A program made the position numbers and the translations under genes. Under the pieces are notes generated by a model. It was given only the letters and a program-made list of their open reading frames with translations. It was not told the origin of the DNA and searched no databases. DNA of 64,000 nt from Treponema sp. (GTDB lineage Bacteria; Spirochaetota; Spirochaetia; Treponematales; Treponemataceae): contig JBGVAV010000023.1 in NCBI GenBank assembly GCA_045224915.1, positions 16,431 to 80,430 of the forward strand. The letters run 5' to 3'. This document shows, piece by piece, positions 1-9,266 of the stretch (positions are counted from its first letter, which is position 1; every line of letters starts with the position of its first letter).

Positions 1-333
1 TGTCTTATCTGTTATATCATGGCGTCGCTTTCTCATAATGCAATTGTAGCGCTTGCCGGTTGTGTGATGTGCGGATTTTCTGTAGGCATTATGTGGCCGG
101 GAACCTTGAGCATTTCTTCAAAAACAATTCCCACTGGAGGAACTGCAATGTTCGCGCTTCTTGCAATGGCAGGAGATCTTGGCGGTTCAATTGGTCCAAG
201 CGTAGTTGGAATGATTTCTCAAAAAGCAGGAGACAATCTTCAGCAGGGACTTTTCTTTGGAGGAATCTTCCCTGTTCTTCTTGTTATATTCCTTATAATT
301 CTTAAGTTCATGAAAGGAGTTTACAAGAAGTAG
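1..333 (+). CDS. MFS transporter, C-terminal part (5'-truncated by window edge)
   Basis: Frame is open from base 1; hydrophobic helices with MFS C-terminal pattern (GIMWPGTLS...GDLGGSIGPSVVG). Confidence 0.8.
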   Translation, partial: CLICYIMASLSHNAIVALAGCVMCGFSVGIMWPGTLSISSKTIPTGGTAMFALLAMAGDLGGSIGPSVVGMISQKAGDNLQQGLFFGGIFPVLLVIFLIILKFMKGVYKK

Positions 334-476
334 GTTTTCATCAAGCCTTTTCCTTTTACATCGATATGGAAATTTAAAGAATAAAAGCTCTGATTACATA
401 GTAAAAATTTATAGATTCATTCAATAATTCAAGAGAAAAAATCGGCAAATTTTGGAATTCTCATGTATATTATAAT

Positions 477-510
477 TGTAGATTGCTTCGCCCCACGGGC
501 TCGCAATGAC
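477..510. repeat. GTC-tagged palindromic element (REP-like), family A copy 1, in leader of Fe-ADH gene
   Basis: tgtagattgcttcgccccacgggctcgcaatgac; near-identical to the reverse complement of 46072-46105 and related to 3905-3932. Confidence 0.85.
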
Positions 511-532
511 GGATAAATACAGGAGAATAACT

Positions 533-1717
533 ATGAACAATTTCACTTTTTATAGTCCAACAAAATTTGTTTTTGGAAAAGATACAGAAGCTCAGGCAGG
601 AGCACTTGTAAAAGAATTTGGCGGAAGCAAAGTATTGCTTCATTTTGGCGGTAAATCTGCTGAAAAATCTGGATTACTTGGCCGTGTCCGGGAGTCGCTC
701 AAAGCTGCAGGAGTAGCTTTTGTAGAGCTTGGCGGCGTTCACCCTAACCCGCTTGATGATTTAGTTTATGAAGGAATTGATTTGTGTAAACGCGAAGGCG
801 TAGATTTTATTCTTGCAGTTGGTGGAGGTTCTGTAATAGACAGTTCTAAGGCAATTGCTCTTGGCGTATGCTACGAAGGTGATTTCTGGGATTTTTACAG
901 TTACGTTGCTCAGCCAAAGAAAGCTCTTCCGGTTGCAACAATTCTTACAATTGCAGCAGCAGGTAGCGAAGGCTCTCCTGACTCTGTAATTACAAAAAAA
1001 GACGGAATGATTAAACGCGGTTTTGGAAATGATATGCTTCGTCCAAAGTTTTCAATCTTAAACCCTGCCCTCACACAGACTCTTCCTGCATACCAGACAG
1101 CCTGTGGTGCTACAGATATTATGGCTCATGTTTGCGAGCGCTATTTTACAAATACAAAGAATGTAGAAACAACTGACCGCTTGTGCGAAGGAGTTCTTCA
1201 GGCAATGGTTCACGAAACTCCAAAAGTAATTGCAGATCCAAATGATTACGAAGCACGTGCAAATATCATGTGGGCTGGAATGGTTGCTCATAACAATATT
1301 GTAGGTGTTGGCCGCGACCAGGACTGGAACAGCCACGGAATTGAACATGAGCTTAGCGGACTTTATGACTGTGCTCACGGTGCTGGTCTTGCAGTAATTA
1401 TGCCGGCCTGGATGGATTTTGTTTACAAGCATGATGTTATGCGCTTTTGTCAGTGGGCTACCCGAGTTTGGGGTGTAAAGATGGATTTTGCAGATCCAGA
1501 AGCAACTGCACGCGAAGGTATCAAACGCTTCCGTCTCTTCCTGCGCAGCATTGGAATGCCAATCAACTTTGCCGAGCTTGGCGCAAAAGAAGAAGACATT
1601 CCAACTCTTGTTAAAAAGTTTGGTCTTCCAGCAGGCGGAACAACAGGTGGCTTTGTAAAACTAAGCTCTGATGATATTGCAGAAATTTATAAGATTGCTG
1701 CAAAGGCAGGTTTATAA
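533..1717 (+). CDS. Iron-containing alcohol dehydrogenase (BdhA/YqhD butanol dehydrogenase family)
   Basis: MNNFTFYSPTK start after AGGAG (521-525); GGGSVIDSSK; metal-ligand segments DIMAH, SHGIEH, AHGAGLA. Confidence 0.92.
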   Translation: MNNFTFYSPTKFVFGKDTEAQAGALVKEFGGSKVLLHFGGKSAEKSGLLGRVRESLKAAGVAFVELGGVHPNPLDDLVYEGIDLCKREGVDFILAVGGGSVIDSSKAIALGVCYEGDFWDFYSYVAQPKKALPVATILTIAAAGSEGSPDSVITKKDGMIKRGFGNDMLRPKFSILNPALTQTLPAYQTACGATDIMAHVCERYFTNTKNVETTDRLCEGVLQAMVHETPKVIADPNDYEARANIMWAGMVAHNNIVGVGRDQDWNSHGIEHELSGLYDCAHGAGLAVIMPAWMDFVYKHDVMRFCQWATRVWGVKMDFADPEATAREGIKRFRLFLRSIGMPINFAELGAKEEDIPTLVKKFGLPAGGTTGGFVKLSSDDIAEIYKIAAKAGL

Positions 1718-2463
1718 TGATAGACGTAAAAGGAAAATGGGCGCTCGTAACAGGCGCAAACCGTGGAATTGGTTATAGAATTGCAAAGTTTATGGCAGGA
1801 AAAGGCTGCAACCTTATTTTGCACAGCCGTTCTCTTGAACACACAAAAGCAGTTCTTGAAGAAGTGCGTGCTCTTGGCATAGAAGCTTATGATGTAGCAG
1901 CAGAATTAAGCGATCTTTCACAGGTTCAGGCAATGATAAAAGAAATCGATGCCCACGGAAAACCTGTAGACATTTTATTCAACGATGCCGCAGTTCAGAT
2001 TGCTTACCGCACTGATTACTGGAAAACCCCTGCAGAGGATTATTCAACAAGCTTTGTAATCAACACAATTGCACCGATGATGCTCTGCTATCATTTTATA
2101 CCAAAAATGATTGAACGTGGTTTTGGCCGTGTAATAAATACAACAAGCGGTATCCGTAACGAACCTGAACAGGCAGGCTACAGCGCAAGTAAAGCTGCTT
2201 TAGACAAAGTTACAAGCGACCTTGCAGGCAAGCTTGACGGAACAGATGTTTGTATAAATCTTACAGATCCGGGATGGTGCCGCACAGACTTAGGCGGTCC
2301 AAATGCTCCTAACGATCCAGACAGCGTAATTCCTGGAATTGTTGTTGGTGCTTTTGTAGATGATAAAAAGAGCGGAAGAAATCTTGGTGCTCAGGCTTTT
2401 GCTGGCATGTCACTTGAAGAAGCAGTAAAAAAAGCTGCAGATTTTCCGCAGCTTTTTAAATAG
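1717..2463 (+). CDS. Short-chain dehydrogenase/reductase (SDR)
   Basis: TGANRGIG Rossmann motif, YSASK catalytic motif, DPGWCRTDLGG; coupled to upstream stop (TAATG). Confidence 0.9.
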   Translation: MIDVKGKWALVTGANRGIGYRIAKFMAGKGCNLILHSRSLEHTKAVLEEVRALGIEAYDVAAELSDLSQVQAMIKEIDAHGKPVDILFNDAAVQIAYRTDYWKTPAEDYSTSFVINTIAPMMLCYHFIPKMIERGFGRVINTTSGIRNEPEQAGYSASKAALDKVTSDLAGKLDGTDVCINLTDPGWCRTDLGGPNAPNDPDSVIPGIVVGAFVDDKKSGRNLGAQAFAGMSLEEAVKKAADFPQLFK

Positions 2464-2485
2464 GATTTTTTTCATTTAGAACAGT

Positions 2486-3103
2486 TTATTTAAGAAACAA
2501 GAGGATTACAACTGCTATTATTCCAATAAAGAATATTGAGAAGAAAGCAGGCATTCCATTCCAGCTGCGCTTGCGGCCATCGGCACGTTGTGGATTTCGT
2601 AACACATAAACTCCTCTCCCGGTTACGATTGCTTCTGCAACGAGCAGGGCTGCGAGTACAGCATTTGCCCAGGCAAACTCCCTTATAATGCAAACTATCT
2701 GAAGAATAGCAGCGGCAATTAAAATTCCCATCATAACAAGTCCGTTTCTCTGCCATTTAGCCTGCATTTCTTTAAGCGACTGCGAATCGTTATAGATTTC
2801 GTAATCATCACCGGCAGCTTCGTCATAAAGCTTTCTAAAATAGTTCCAGCCATTTATTGTTGAGTTTACATATTCCCAACCCTGTTCACGGAAGGTTTCG
2901 AGGTAACGTCCCATATCCTTGATTTTTGGATTATAATCAAGCTGGAAACGATAACGTAAATCATCGTTTTTCTGATAAAGGTTTGAAAGAAGGCCTCCCT
3001 TTACAAGCTGCCAGCCCTTCTCTGACATTTTATTCAAATCTTCAATTTCTCTTGCATAATCCCAAGCTGAATATACATTAAAAACTCTTTTATATCCTTT
3101 CAT
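2486..3103 (-). CDS. DUF2812-family membrane protein
   Basis: E..LN.MS.KGW.L...YRFQLDY...Y.E.F.EQGWEYV...W.YFRK pattern plus 3 C-terminal TM helices; typical partner of PadR. Confidence 0.75.
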   Translation of the reverse strand: MKGYKRVFNVYSAWDYAREIEDLNKMSEKGWQLVKGGLLSNLYQKNDDLRYRFQLDYNPKIKDMGRYLETFREQGWEYVNSTINGWNYFRKLYDEAAGDDYEIYNDSQSLKEMQAKWQRNGLVMMGILIAAAILQIVCIIREFAWANAVLAALLVAEAIVTGRGVYVLRNPQRADGRKRSWNGMPAFFSIFFIGIIAVVILLFLK

Positions 3104-3119
3104 ACATTTCTCCTGTGAC

Positions 3120-3434
3120 TTAGTTTTCTACTGCACTAAGCATTCTCTTAAGGCGTTCTACTTCTGCCTTAAAAGCTTCTTGCCCTTCAGAGGTAAGAGT
3201 ATAAAGTCTCTTTTTCTCTGCCCCAGGTTCATCTGAAACAATTTCCTTTATCCAGCCCTTTTTCATCATATTGCTGGTTGCTCCGTACATTGTTCCAGAT
3301 CCAATTTTTACTTCACCTTGCGAAAGCGCTTCTGTCATCTTCATAATGCCGTATCCATGATTTGCACCTTTAGAAAGGCACAGAAGAATATAAAAATAAC
3401 TTTCCGAAAGCGGTTCAAACTTTGTTGCTTTCAT
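3120..3434 (-). CDS. PadR-family transcriptional regulator
   Basis: PLSESYFYILL...HGYGIMK...IGSGTMYGA...KRLYTLT wHTH; start moved to 3434 (AAGGAGA SD). Confidence 0.9.
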   Translation of the reverse strand: MKATKFEPLSESYFYILLCLSKGANHGYGIMKMTEALSQGEVKIGSGTMYGATSNMMKKGWIKEIVSDEPGAEKKRLYTLTSEGQEAFKAEVERLKRMLSAVEN

Positions 3435-3462
3435 ACCACATCTCCTTATCCAGCAATATAAC

Positions 3463-3533
3463 ATAGTCGACATTCGCTATATCGCCACTCGATATACTAT
3501 ATCATAACACGACATATGTCGTCTGTCAACATA
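3463..3533 (-). promoter_or_regulatory. sigma70 promoter TTGACA(3529-3524)-17-TATGAT(3506-3501) overlapped by four TATRTCG-N5-CGAYATA-like palindromes (putative PadR operators)
   Basis: Sites at 3463-3481, 3478-3496 (perfect), 3498-3516, 3515-3533. Confidence 0.7.
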
Positions 3534-3631
3534 TATTTCAATTTTTTTTTAATTTTCTTTTTCACTTGCCGAATTCTTAAAATTTTATTAAATTTAGTAG
3601 TAAATATATAATATTATTAGAGGTGATATAT

Positions 3632-3904
3632 ATGAAAATCAAACCATTAGCTGATCGTGTATTGGTAAAGAATGACAAGGCCGAGACTAAAACAGCAGGT
3701 GGACTTATTATTCCGGAGGCTGCTCAGGAAAAGACTCAGACTGCTGTTGTTGTTGAGGTTGGACCTGGAACTGATGAAGTTAAAATCACACTTAAAAAAG
3801 GCGACCGCATTATGTATGACAAATATGCCGGTACACCAATAAAGATTGATGGTGAAGATCATTTGATTCTTCGCATGTCAGATATTATAGCTGTAGTTGA
3901 ATAA
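3632..3904 (+). CDS. groES: Co-chaperonin GroES (no groEL adjacent)
   Basis: MKIKPLADRVLV...TAGGLIIP...KYAGT...ILRMSDIIAV. Confidence 0.97.
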   Translation: MKIKPLADRVLVKNDKAETKTAGGLIIPEAAQEKTQTAVVVEVGPGTDEVKITLKKGDRIMYDKYAGTPIKIDGEDHLILRMSDIIAVVE

Positions 3905-3932
3905 TAGATTGCTTCGCTGCGCTCGCAATGAC
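3905..3932. repeat. GTC-tagged palindromic element, family A copy 2, directly after groES stop
   Basis: tagattgcttcgctgcgctcgcaatgac; same ends as 477-510 with a shorter inner hairpin. Confidence 0.8.
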
Positions 3933-3938
3933 GACGCG

Positions 3939-5801
3939 CTACTGCTGTAATTTTTCTTTCAACAAGGATGCCCTTGCGTTATCAGGATACAAAAGAATTG
4001 CGTATTCTACAGAACGAAGGGCATTTTTATTGTCCCCGTCGGCTGCATAAATATTTGCAATTCTATAAAAAACATCAGACCTAAGATAATTCTTGCTTTC
4101 ACGTCCAGCGGCTCTTCCATACAAATCAAGAGCCTTTGTTTTTTTACCTGTAGAAAAATAAATATCGGCAAGGTTCATACAAGAAGCTGTAGAAACTAAA
4201 GGAGAAACAATTCCTTCATATAAAATGCCGCCGCTCTCGTAAACACAATATTCATAAATACGCAGCGCTTCATCAAACTTCTTTTCATCTGTGGCAAACC
4301 AGGCTGCAAACTCTGCTGTGCGTTCATCCATTACAGAAAGGCTCTTTCCTACCTGAGTCCAGAAATCTTCTTTGGCATTAAACTTATATGTGTTTGAAAC
4401 ATATTTAGTAAAGAGCTCCTTTGCATCATCCTTTTGATTTGTTTTAAGCAGGAAGCTCAACACATACTGAACAAGAAGCATCTGATACTTTTCTTCTTCG
4501 GTGTAGTTATTTTCCATCTGGAGCCACAAGTCAGCAGTTTTATCTTTGATTGTAAATGAATTGTCTGTTTTATATTTTAAGTCCAGGCGGGCAATTGCAA
4601 GATAAGGATCCTTTGTTCGTTCCATTGCCTGTTCAAGACGATAAACTGCATCACTCATAGGAATCTTGCGGCGGTTATCATATTTTTCCATAGAAACAGA
4701 CGAAATACCGTTCTGACGCAGATTTTTGATTTCCATTGATTCTTCGCGTTCAAGATTTGAATTATATGCAAAATCAGAATACAAAATGAGGGCAGCAACA
4801 TTATCAGGCCAGCGGTTTACAGAATAAAAAAGCAGATCTGCGCATGAGTCATCATCATATTGATTTTTTGCCCAAACAGCGCTGTTTACAACAATTATAG
4901 AAAGAAGATTTTCGTCTTCGGCACTAAGCTTATCAATGTTATCGAGCTTACAAATAAGCTCCTGACGTTTTGCTTCTGCGCTTTCCATTTCGGAAACAGC
5001 CATGTATGCATCGGACTCAAGAGCAATCTGTTTAATTTCGGAAGACTTAAAGAGTCTGCGGTTTACAGTATCTGGATAATCTCTGAGGAAAGAGCGCGAA
5101 ACTTCTATTGCATTAATTGATTCATAATATTTTCCCGAATCAAATAAAACGAGAGCCCAGAAGTACGCATCATCGGCATCGGCAAAGGCTGGAGGAACAA
5201 GTGTTGAAGCGGTATCAAAACGTCCTTCTTTAAGATTGAAAATGGCACAGTTTCGAATCCAGATTGGATTTAAGCTTCCGCGATATGCATCGTAATAAAT
5301 TGAATAATATTTTGGATCTTTGTAAAAATCGGCAGTTTCACCCTTCATTAAGATTTTAAGGGAAGCCTCAGAATAAATTGAGCCATACTTTGTTCCGTGG
5401 AGCTCTTCGGCAAGCTTTTTAGCTTCTTCAAGTCTGTTCTGACGCAACAGGAAAGTTGAATAAATTGCAACAAGCTCGGGATTATGACTATTTTTTTTGA
5501 GGGCTTTTTTAAGAAGTTTTTCGGCAAGCTTATCTTCGCCAATCTGGGCGTAGCGTTTGTAAATGCCTATATACGACCACACATCATAAGTCTGCTTTTC
5601 GATTTTTTTAAGCTGCTTTACAGCATCTGCAAATTGATTTTCGGCAATCTGAATATCGACCATCTCAAAATGACTTGTTAACGACTTTTGCTCCGCCTTA
5701 AGCTTGCATGAAAGGCAAGGCAGAGCAAAGCACAAAATCAAAATGAGAAAAAAGACTGAGGTTTTTCTAAACTTCTTTTCCAATCTTATCAAGCACTGCA
5801 T
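3939..5801 (-). CDS. TPR-repeat protein, probable lipoprotein/exported
   Basis: Hydrophobic N-terminus ending LPCLSC; multiple TPR-like helical repeats; start uncertain (ATG 5801 or TTG 5783), overlaps nusB end. Confidence 0.75.
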   Translation of the reverse strand: MQCLIRLEKKFRKTSVFFLILILCFALPCLSCKLKAEQKSLTSHFEMVDIQIAENQFADAVKQLKKIEKQTYDVWSYIGIYKRYAQIGEDKLAEKLLKKALKKNSHNPELVAIYSTFLLRQNRLEEAKKLAEELHGTKYGSIYSEASLKILMKGETADFYKDPKYYSIYYDAYRGSLNPIWIRNCAIFNLKEGRFDTASTLVPPAFADADDAYFWALVLFDSGKYYESINAIEVSRSFLRDYPDTVNRRLFKSSEIKQIALESDAYMAVSEMESAEAKRQELICKLDNIDKLSAEDENLLSIIVVNSAVWAKNQYDDDSCADLLFYSVNRWPDNVAALILYSDFAYNSNLEREESMEIKNLRQNGISSVSMEKYDNRRKIPMSDAVYRLEQAMERTKDPYLAIARLDLKYKTDNSFTIKDKTADLWLQMENNYTEEEKYQMLLVQYVLSFLLKTNQKDDAKELFTKYVSNTYKFNAKEDFWTQVGKSLSVMDERTAEFAAWFATDEKKFDEALRIYEYCVYESGGILYEGIVSPLVSTASCMNLADIYFSTGKKTKALDLYGRAAGRESKNYLRSDVFYRIANIYAADGDNKNALRSVEYAILLYPDNARASLLKEKLQQ

Positions 5802-6204
5802 TAATAAATTTATAGGAATCTTCGAGTCCGTATTCACGCGCGATGTTTACAGCTTCGTCAATTACTATTTTTGGTTCAGAGCCTTTCTGGAACTTCATTT
5901 CGTAAATGCTTGTTCTCAAAATGGCAAGTGTAACCTTATTTATTCTTTCAAGAGTCCAGTTTGCAGAAAGATGGGTTTTTATAAGCTCGTCAATTTCTGC
6001 AAGGTGCTCTACAGTTCCCGAAATAATCAGGCTTGCGAAAGTCTGTTCTTCAAGAGGTTCGGGTGCAAGTTTTTTCTCACCTTCATCCTCCTGATTATCC
6101 TTTTGAAGCCATGTAAATTTAAGAATGTCTTCTACTGGAGATTGGTTCATGTCCCAGGAATAAAGGCCCTGGAATGCAAGAATTCTTCCTTTTCTACGTG
6201 ACAA
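5767..6204 (-). CDS. nusB: Transcription antitermination factor NusB
   Basis: SRRKGRILAFQGLY...W.LERI..V..AILR...IVIDEAV.IA.EY...FINAVLDKI. Confidence 0.95.
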   Translation of the reverse strand: MSRRKGRILAFQGLYSWDMNQSPVEDILKFTWLQKDNQEDEGEKKLAPEPLEEQTFASLIISGTVEHLAEIDELIKTHLSANWTLERINKVTLAILRTSIYEMKFQKGSEPKIVIDEAVNIAREYGLEDSYKFINAVLDKIGKEV

Positions 6205-6205
6205 T

Positions 6206-7294
6206 TTATTCTCCCCAGCTCAAGAGTTTATCCAAAGCAGCACCAGTTTTCTTTTCTTCAACATATTCAGGCTTGTGCAACTCTTTTACAATATCCTGTG
6301 CAGCAAGTGAAATTACAGACTGAAGCTTCTGCTGTGTAAGCATCTGGCGGATATATTCATAAACAGTAACTGTGCTGTCTGGTGCAACAATATCGCTAAG
6401 AGAAAGAAGCTTTGCAGCATATTTATCTGTAAGAACAAGGAAAACATACATTTGATCATCTTCTGTTACATCAAAAACAGTTCCTACATTCTGATCATAA
6501 ATACCAAGGATGCTTTCATAAGAAAGAGTAATCTGTGCAGCACCGGCTTCTGTTTTAGGAACAAGGAATTCTCTTGCGCTGAATTCTGCACCTTCTGCTC
6601 TGGCCTGAGAAAGAAGCTGATCCTTTGTTACCTTCTTATCAATATATTTATTGCGAAGTTCATTAATCTTATTTTTTGCGGCATCAGCATTTGGAGCTTT
6701 TTTAACACCAACAGCAAAAATCTTAAGCATATCGCTCCATACAAAAGAAGCCTTGTTTCCTTCGTAAGCGGCACGAATCTCGGCATCGTTAGGAGTTGCC
6801 TGTGTCTGAATTTCATTCTGCTTCTGGCTCAATACATACTGACGCATTACAAGCTGATTTTTAAGGAAAGCCTTGTATTCAGCATAATTCATTCCTGTCT
6901 GCTGCAAAAGTGTTTCATCAAGAGTAGTATTCTGAGCCTTAAGAAGTTCTTCAAGCTGTTTTTCTGTAACAGGAGTTCCAAGTGTCTGACTCATTGCTTC
7001 CATAAAATACTGATCAACCTGGCTGTCTGGAATTGAAATTCCAGCTTTAGCAGCGGCCTGTGCAACAAGTTTTTCATCTACAAGTGAGTTCAAAATAGCT
7101 TTTCTCTGTTCAAGATTAAGCTTTACTCCATACTGCTTTTCTGTAACAGCACAGCGCTTTTTAAGTTCGCGTACAGTAATAGATTCAGACTTGTTATACT
7201 TAACTGTTGTAAGCACCTGCAAATCTGATGACTGTGCAAAACACATGCCTGCAGTAAGCAAAAGTATTGATAAACCTAAAATAATCTTTTTCAT
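6206..7294 (-). CDS. SurA N-terminal domain periplasmic chaperone (spirochete basic-membrane-protein-like)
   Basis: Signal peptide ending CFA-Q; LNSLVDEKLVAQAAAKAGISIPDSQVDQ SurA-N motif; degenerate PPIase region. Confidence 0.75.
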   Translation of the reverse strand: MKKIILGLSILLLTAGMCFAQSSDLQVLTTVKYNKSESITVRELKKRCAVTEKQYGVKLNLEQRKAILNSLVDEKLVAQAAAKAGISIPDSQVDQYFMEAMSQTLGTPVTEKQLEELLKAQNTTLDETLLQQTGMNYAEYKAFLKNQLVMRQYVLSQKQNEIQTQATPNDAEIRAAYEGNKASFVWSDMLKIFAVGVKKAPNADAAKNKINELRNKYIDKKVTKDQLLSQARAEGAEFSAREFLVPKTEAGAAQITLSYESILGIYDQNVGTVFDVTEDDQMYVFLVLTDKYAAKLLSLSDIVAPDSTVTVYEYIRQMLTQQKLQSVISLAAQDIVKELHKPEYVEEKKTGAALDKLLSWGE

Positions 7295-7352
7295 AAAAAA
7301 CCTCATTTGTTTTTTTCTTTTATATTAACAATTTTTAATATCTCTAGTTACA

Positions 7353-7381
7353 TAGATTATCGGGTCAAGCCCGATAATGAC
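7353..7381. repeat. GTC-tagged palindromic element (variant core) directly after alaS stop
   Basis: tagattatcgggtcaagcccgataatgac: perfect 9-bp stem, same TAGATT...AATGAC ends as family A. Confidence 0.75.
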
Positions 7382-7384
7382 CTG

Positions 7385-9208
7385 TTATCCTTCAAGTGGA
7401 AGTCCACCAGAAATTACTGCGCGAATACGGCGAACCCCTGCAGAAGAGCTCTGTTCCTTCTGAATCTTAAAGTCACCAATCTGTGCTGTATGCTGAACGT
7501 GAGGTCCACCACAAACTTCCTTGCTGAACCAGTCTGATTTTGCGTCCCGGCCGATTGTGTAAACCTTTACATCTTCACCATATTTATTTGTAAACAAAGC
7601 ACGTGCACCTTCTGCCTTTGCCTTATCAAGCGGCATAACTTCCATTGTAACAGGAAGATCTTCCTTGATTTTTTCATTTACAATATCTTCAACCTTTTGA
7701 ATTTCTTCTTTAGTCATCGGGCGTTCAAAAGTAAAGTCAAAGCGCATGCGTTCGTTGTTGATATTTGAACCTTTCTGTGCAACCTGGTCGCCCAAAACAT
7801 TTACAAGTGCCTGCTGCAAAAGATGAGTTGCTGTATGATATTTTGTTGTGATTTCTGACTGTTCGGCAAGACCACCCTTAGCAGCCCCTGCATCTACAGT
7901 TTTACTTGCTTCCTGGTGCTTGCGTTCTGCTTCTTTGAAGCCTTCAACATCTACAGTAAATCCGTTTTCGGCACCAAGTTCCTGGGTAAGTTCAAGAGGA
8001 TATCCGTAAGTTTCATAAAGATTATAAGCAACTTTACCACTGATAATTTTCTTAGGATTCTTCATGAGGTTTGGCAAAAGCTTCTGGAATTCTGCTTCAC
8101 CCTTCTTGAGAGTCTGGCGGAATTTTGCTTCTTCTGCAGTAAGCTCCTTGAATACCTTTTCGCGGTTCTGTTCAAGCTCTGGATAAGGACCTTTGAAGTT
8201 TTCGATTACAGTAGCAGCAACCTCTGCCATAAAATCCTTTTCAATTCCAAGCTTCATTCCGTGGCGAACTGCACGACGGATAAGACGGCGTAAAACATAA
8301 CCGGCACCTACGCGGTCCGGAGTAACGCCTCTCTGGTCTCCAAGAATGAATACAGAAGAACGTGTATGGTCTGCAATAATGCGAACCGATTTATCCTTTT
8401 CTTCATCTGTGCCGTATGTATAGCCCGAAAGATTTTCGATAGTTTTAATGATTGGCTGGAAAACTTCTGTAAGATAAACTGATGTTTTGCCCTGAAGAAT
8501 ACAGTTTGTACGTTCAAGACCCATACCAGTATCTACGTTCTTCTTTTCAAGTGGAAGAAGAGTTTTTTCATCAATGCGGTTGTACTGCATGAATACGTTG
8601 TTCCAGATTTCCATCCAGTTTGCGCTGTCTGTTCCCTTGTTACTTCCTACTGGAGGAAGGCCTTCACCTACCCAATAAAAAATTTCTGTATCAGGACCGC
8701 AAGGACCAGTTGGACCAGCTGCCCACCAGTTGTCGCTTGCTGGAAGATATGCAATCTTGTCTTCTGGCATGCCGTTATCTTTCCAAATCTGTGCAGCTTC
8801 ATCATCGCGAGGTGCGTTTTCATCACCTGCAAATACAGTTACAGAAATCTTTTTTGGATCAAGGGCGAGCCAGTCTTTGCTTGTTAAGAATTCATAAGAA
8901 TAGGCAATAGACTCTTTTTTGAAGTAATCGCCAAGTGACCAGTTACCAAGCATTTCAAAACATGTAAGATGGCTTGGGTCACCTACTTCTTCAATATCGC
9001 CGGTACGAATACATTTCTGATAGTCTGTAAGACGGGTTCCTGAAGGATGCTTTTCTCCAAGAAGATAAGGAACTAACGGATGCATTCCTGCCATTGTAAA
9101 CAAAACAGATGGGTCATTTTCGGGAATCAAAGACTGTCCCGAAATTTCTACGTGATTTTTACTTTTAAAGAACTCAATATATTTTGAGCGAAGTTCATTT
9201 GCGTTCAT
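7385..9208 (-). CDS. alaS: Alanine--tRNA ligase, short spirochete form lacking C-Ala domain
   Basis: DPSVLFTMAGM, QKCIRTGD, FEMLGNWS, VDTGMGLER; editing motifs HTATH and CGGPH; ends at AGVRRIRAV. Confidence 0.97.
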   Translation of the reverse strand: MNANELRSKYIEFFKSKNHVEISGQSLIPENDPSVLFTMAGMHPLVPYLLGEKHPSGTRLTDYQKCIRTGDIEEVGDPSHLTCFEMLGNWSLGDYFKKESIAYSYEFLTSKDWLALDPKKISVTVFAGDENAPRDDEAAQIWKDNGMPEDKIAYLPASDNWWAAGPTGPCGPDTEIFYWVGEGLPPVGSNKGTDSANWMEIWNNVFMQYNRIDEKTLLPLEKKNVDTGMGLERTNCILQGKTSVYLTEVFQPIIKTIENLSGYTYGTDEEKDKSVRIIADHTRSSVFILGDQRGVTPDRVGAGYVLRRLIRRAVRHGMKLGIEKDFMAEVAATVIENFKGPYPELEQNREKVFKELTAEEAKFRQTLKKGEAEFQKLLPNLMKNPKKIISGKVAYNLYETYGYPLELTQELGAENGFTVDVEGFKEAERKHQEASKTVDAGAAKGGLAEQSEITTKYHTATHLLQQALVNVLGDQVAQKGSNINNERMRFDFTFERPMTKEEIQKVEDIVNEKIKEDLPVTMEVMPLDKAKAEGARALFTNKYGEDVKVYTIGRDAKSDWFSKEVCGGPHVQHTAQIGDFKIQKEQSSSAGVRRIRAVISGGLPLEG

Positions 9209-9216
9209 AAATTATT

Positions 9217-9245
9217 ATTATATAGAAAAAAAACAATGTTTGCAA
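9217..9245 (-). promoter_or_regulatory. sigma70 promoter of alaS, TTGCAA-17-TATAAT, 8 nt from ATG (leaderless-type)
   Basis: Read directly; no SD between -10 and ATG. Confidence 0.65.
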
Positions 9246-9266
9246 TTACGTGGATTGCAGTAAAAG

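Noticed and set aside
3534-3631. CIRCE element before groES
   Set aside because: No TTAGCACTC-N9-GAGTGCTAA-like repeat present
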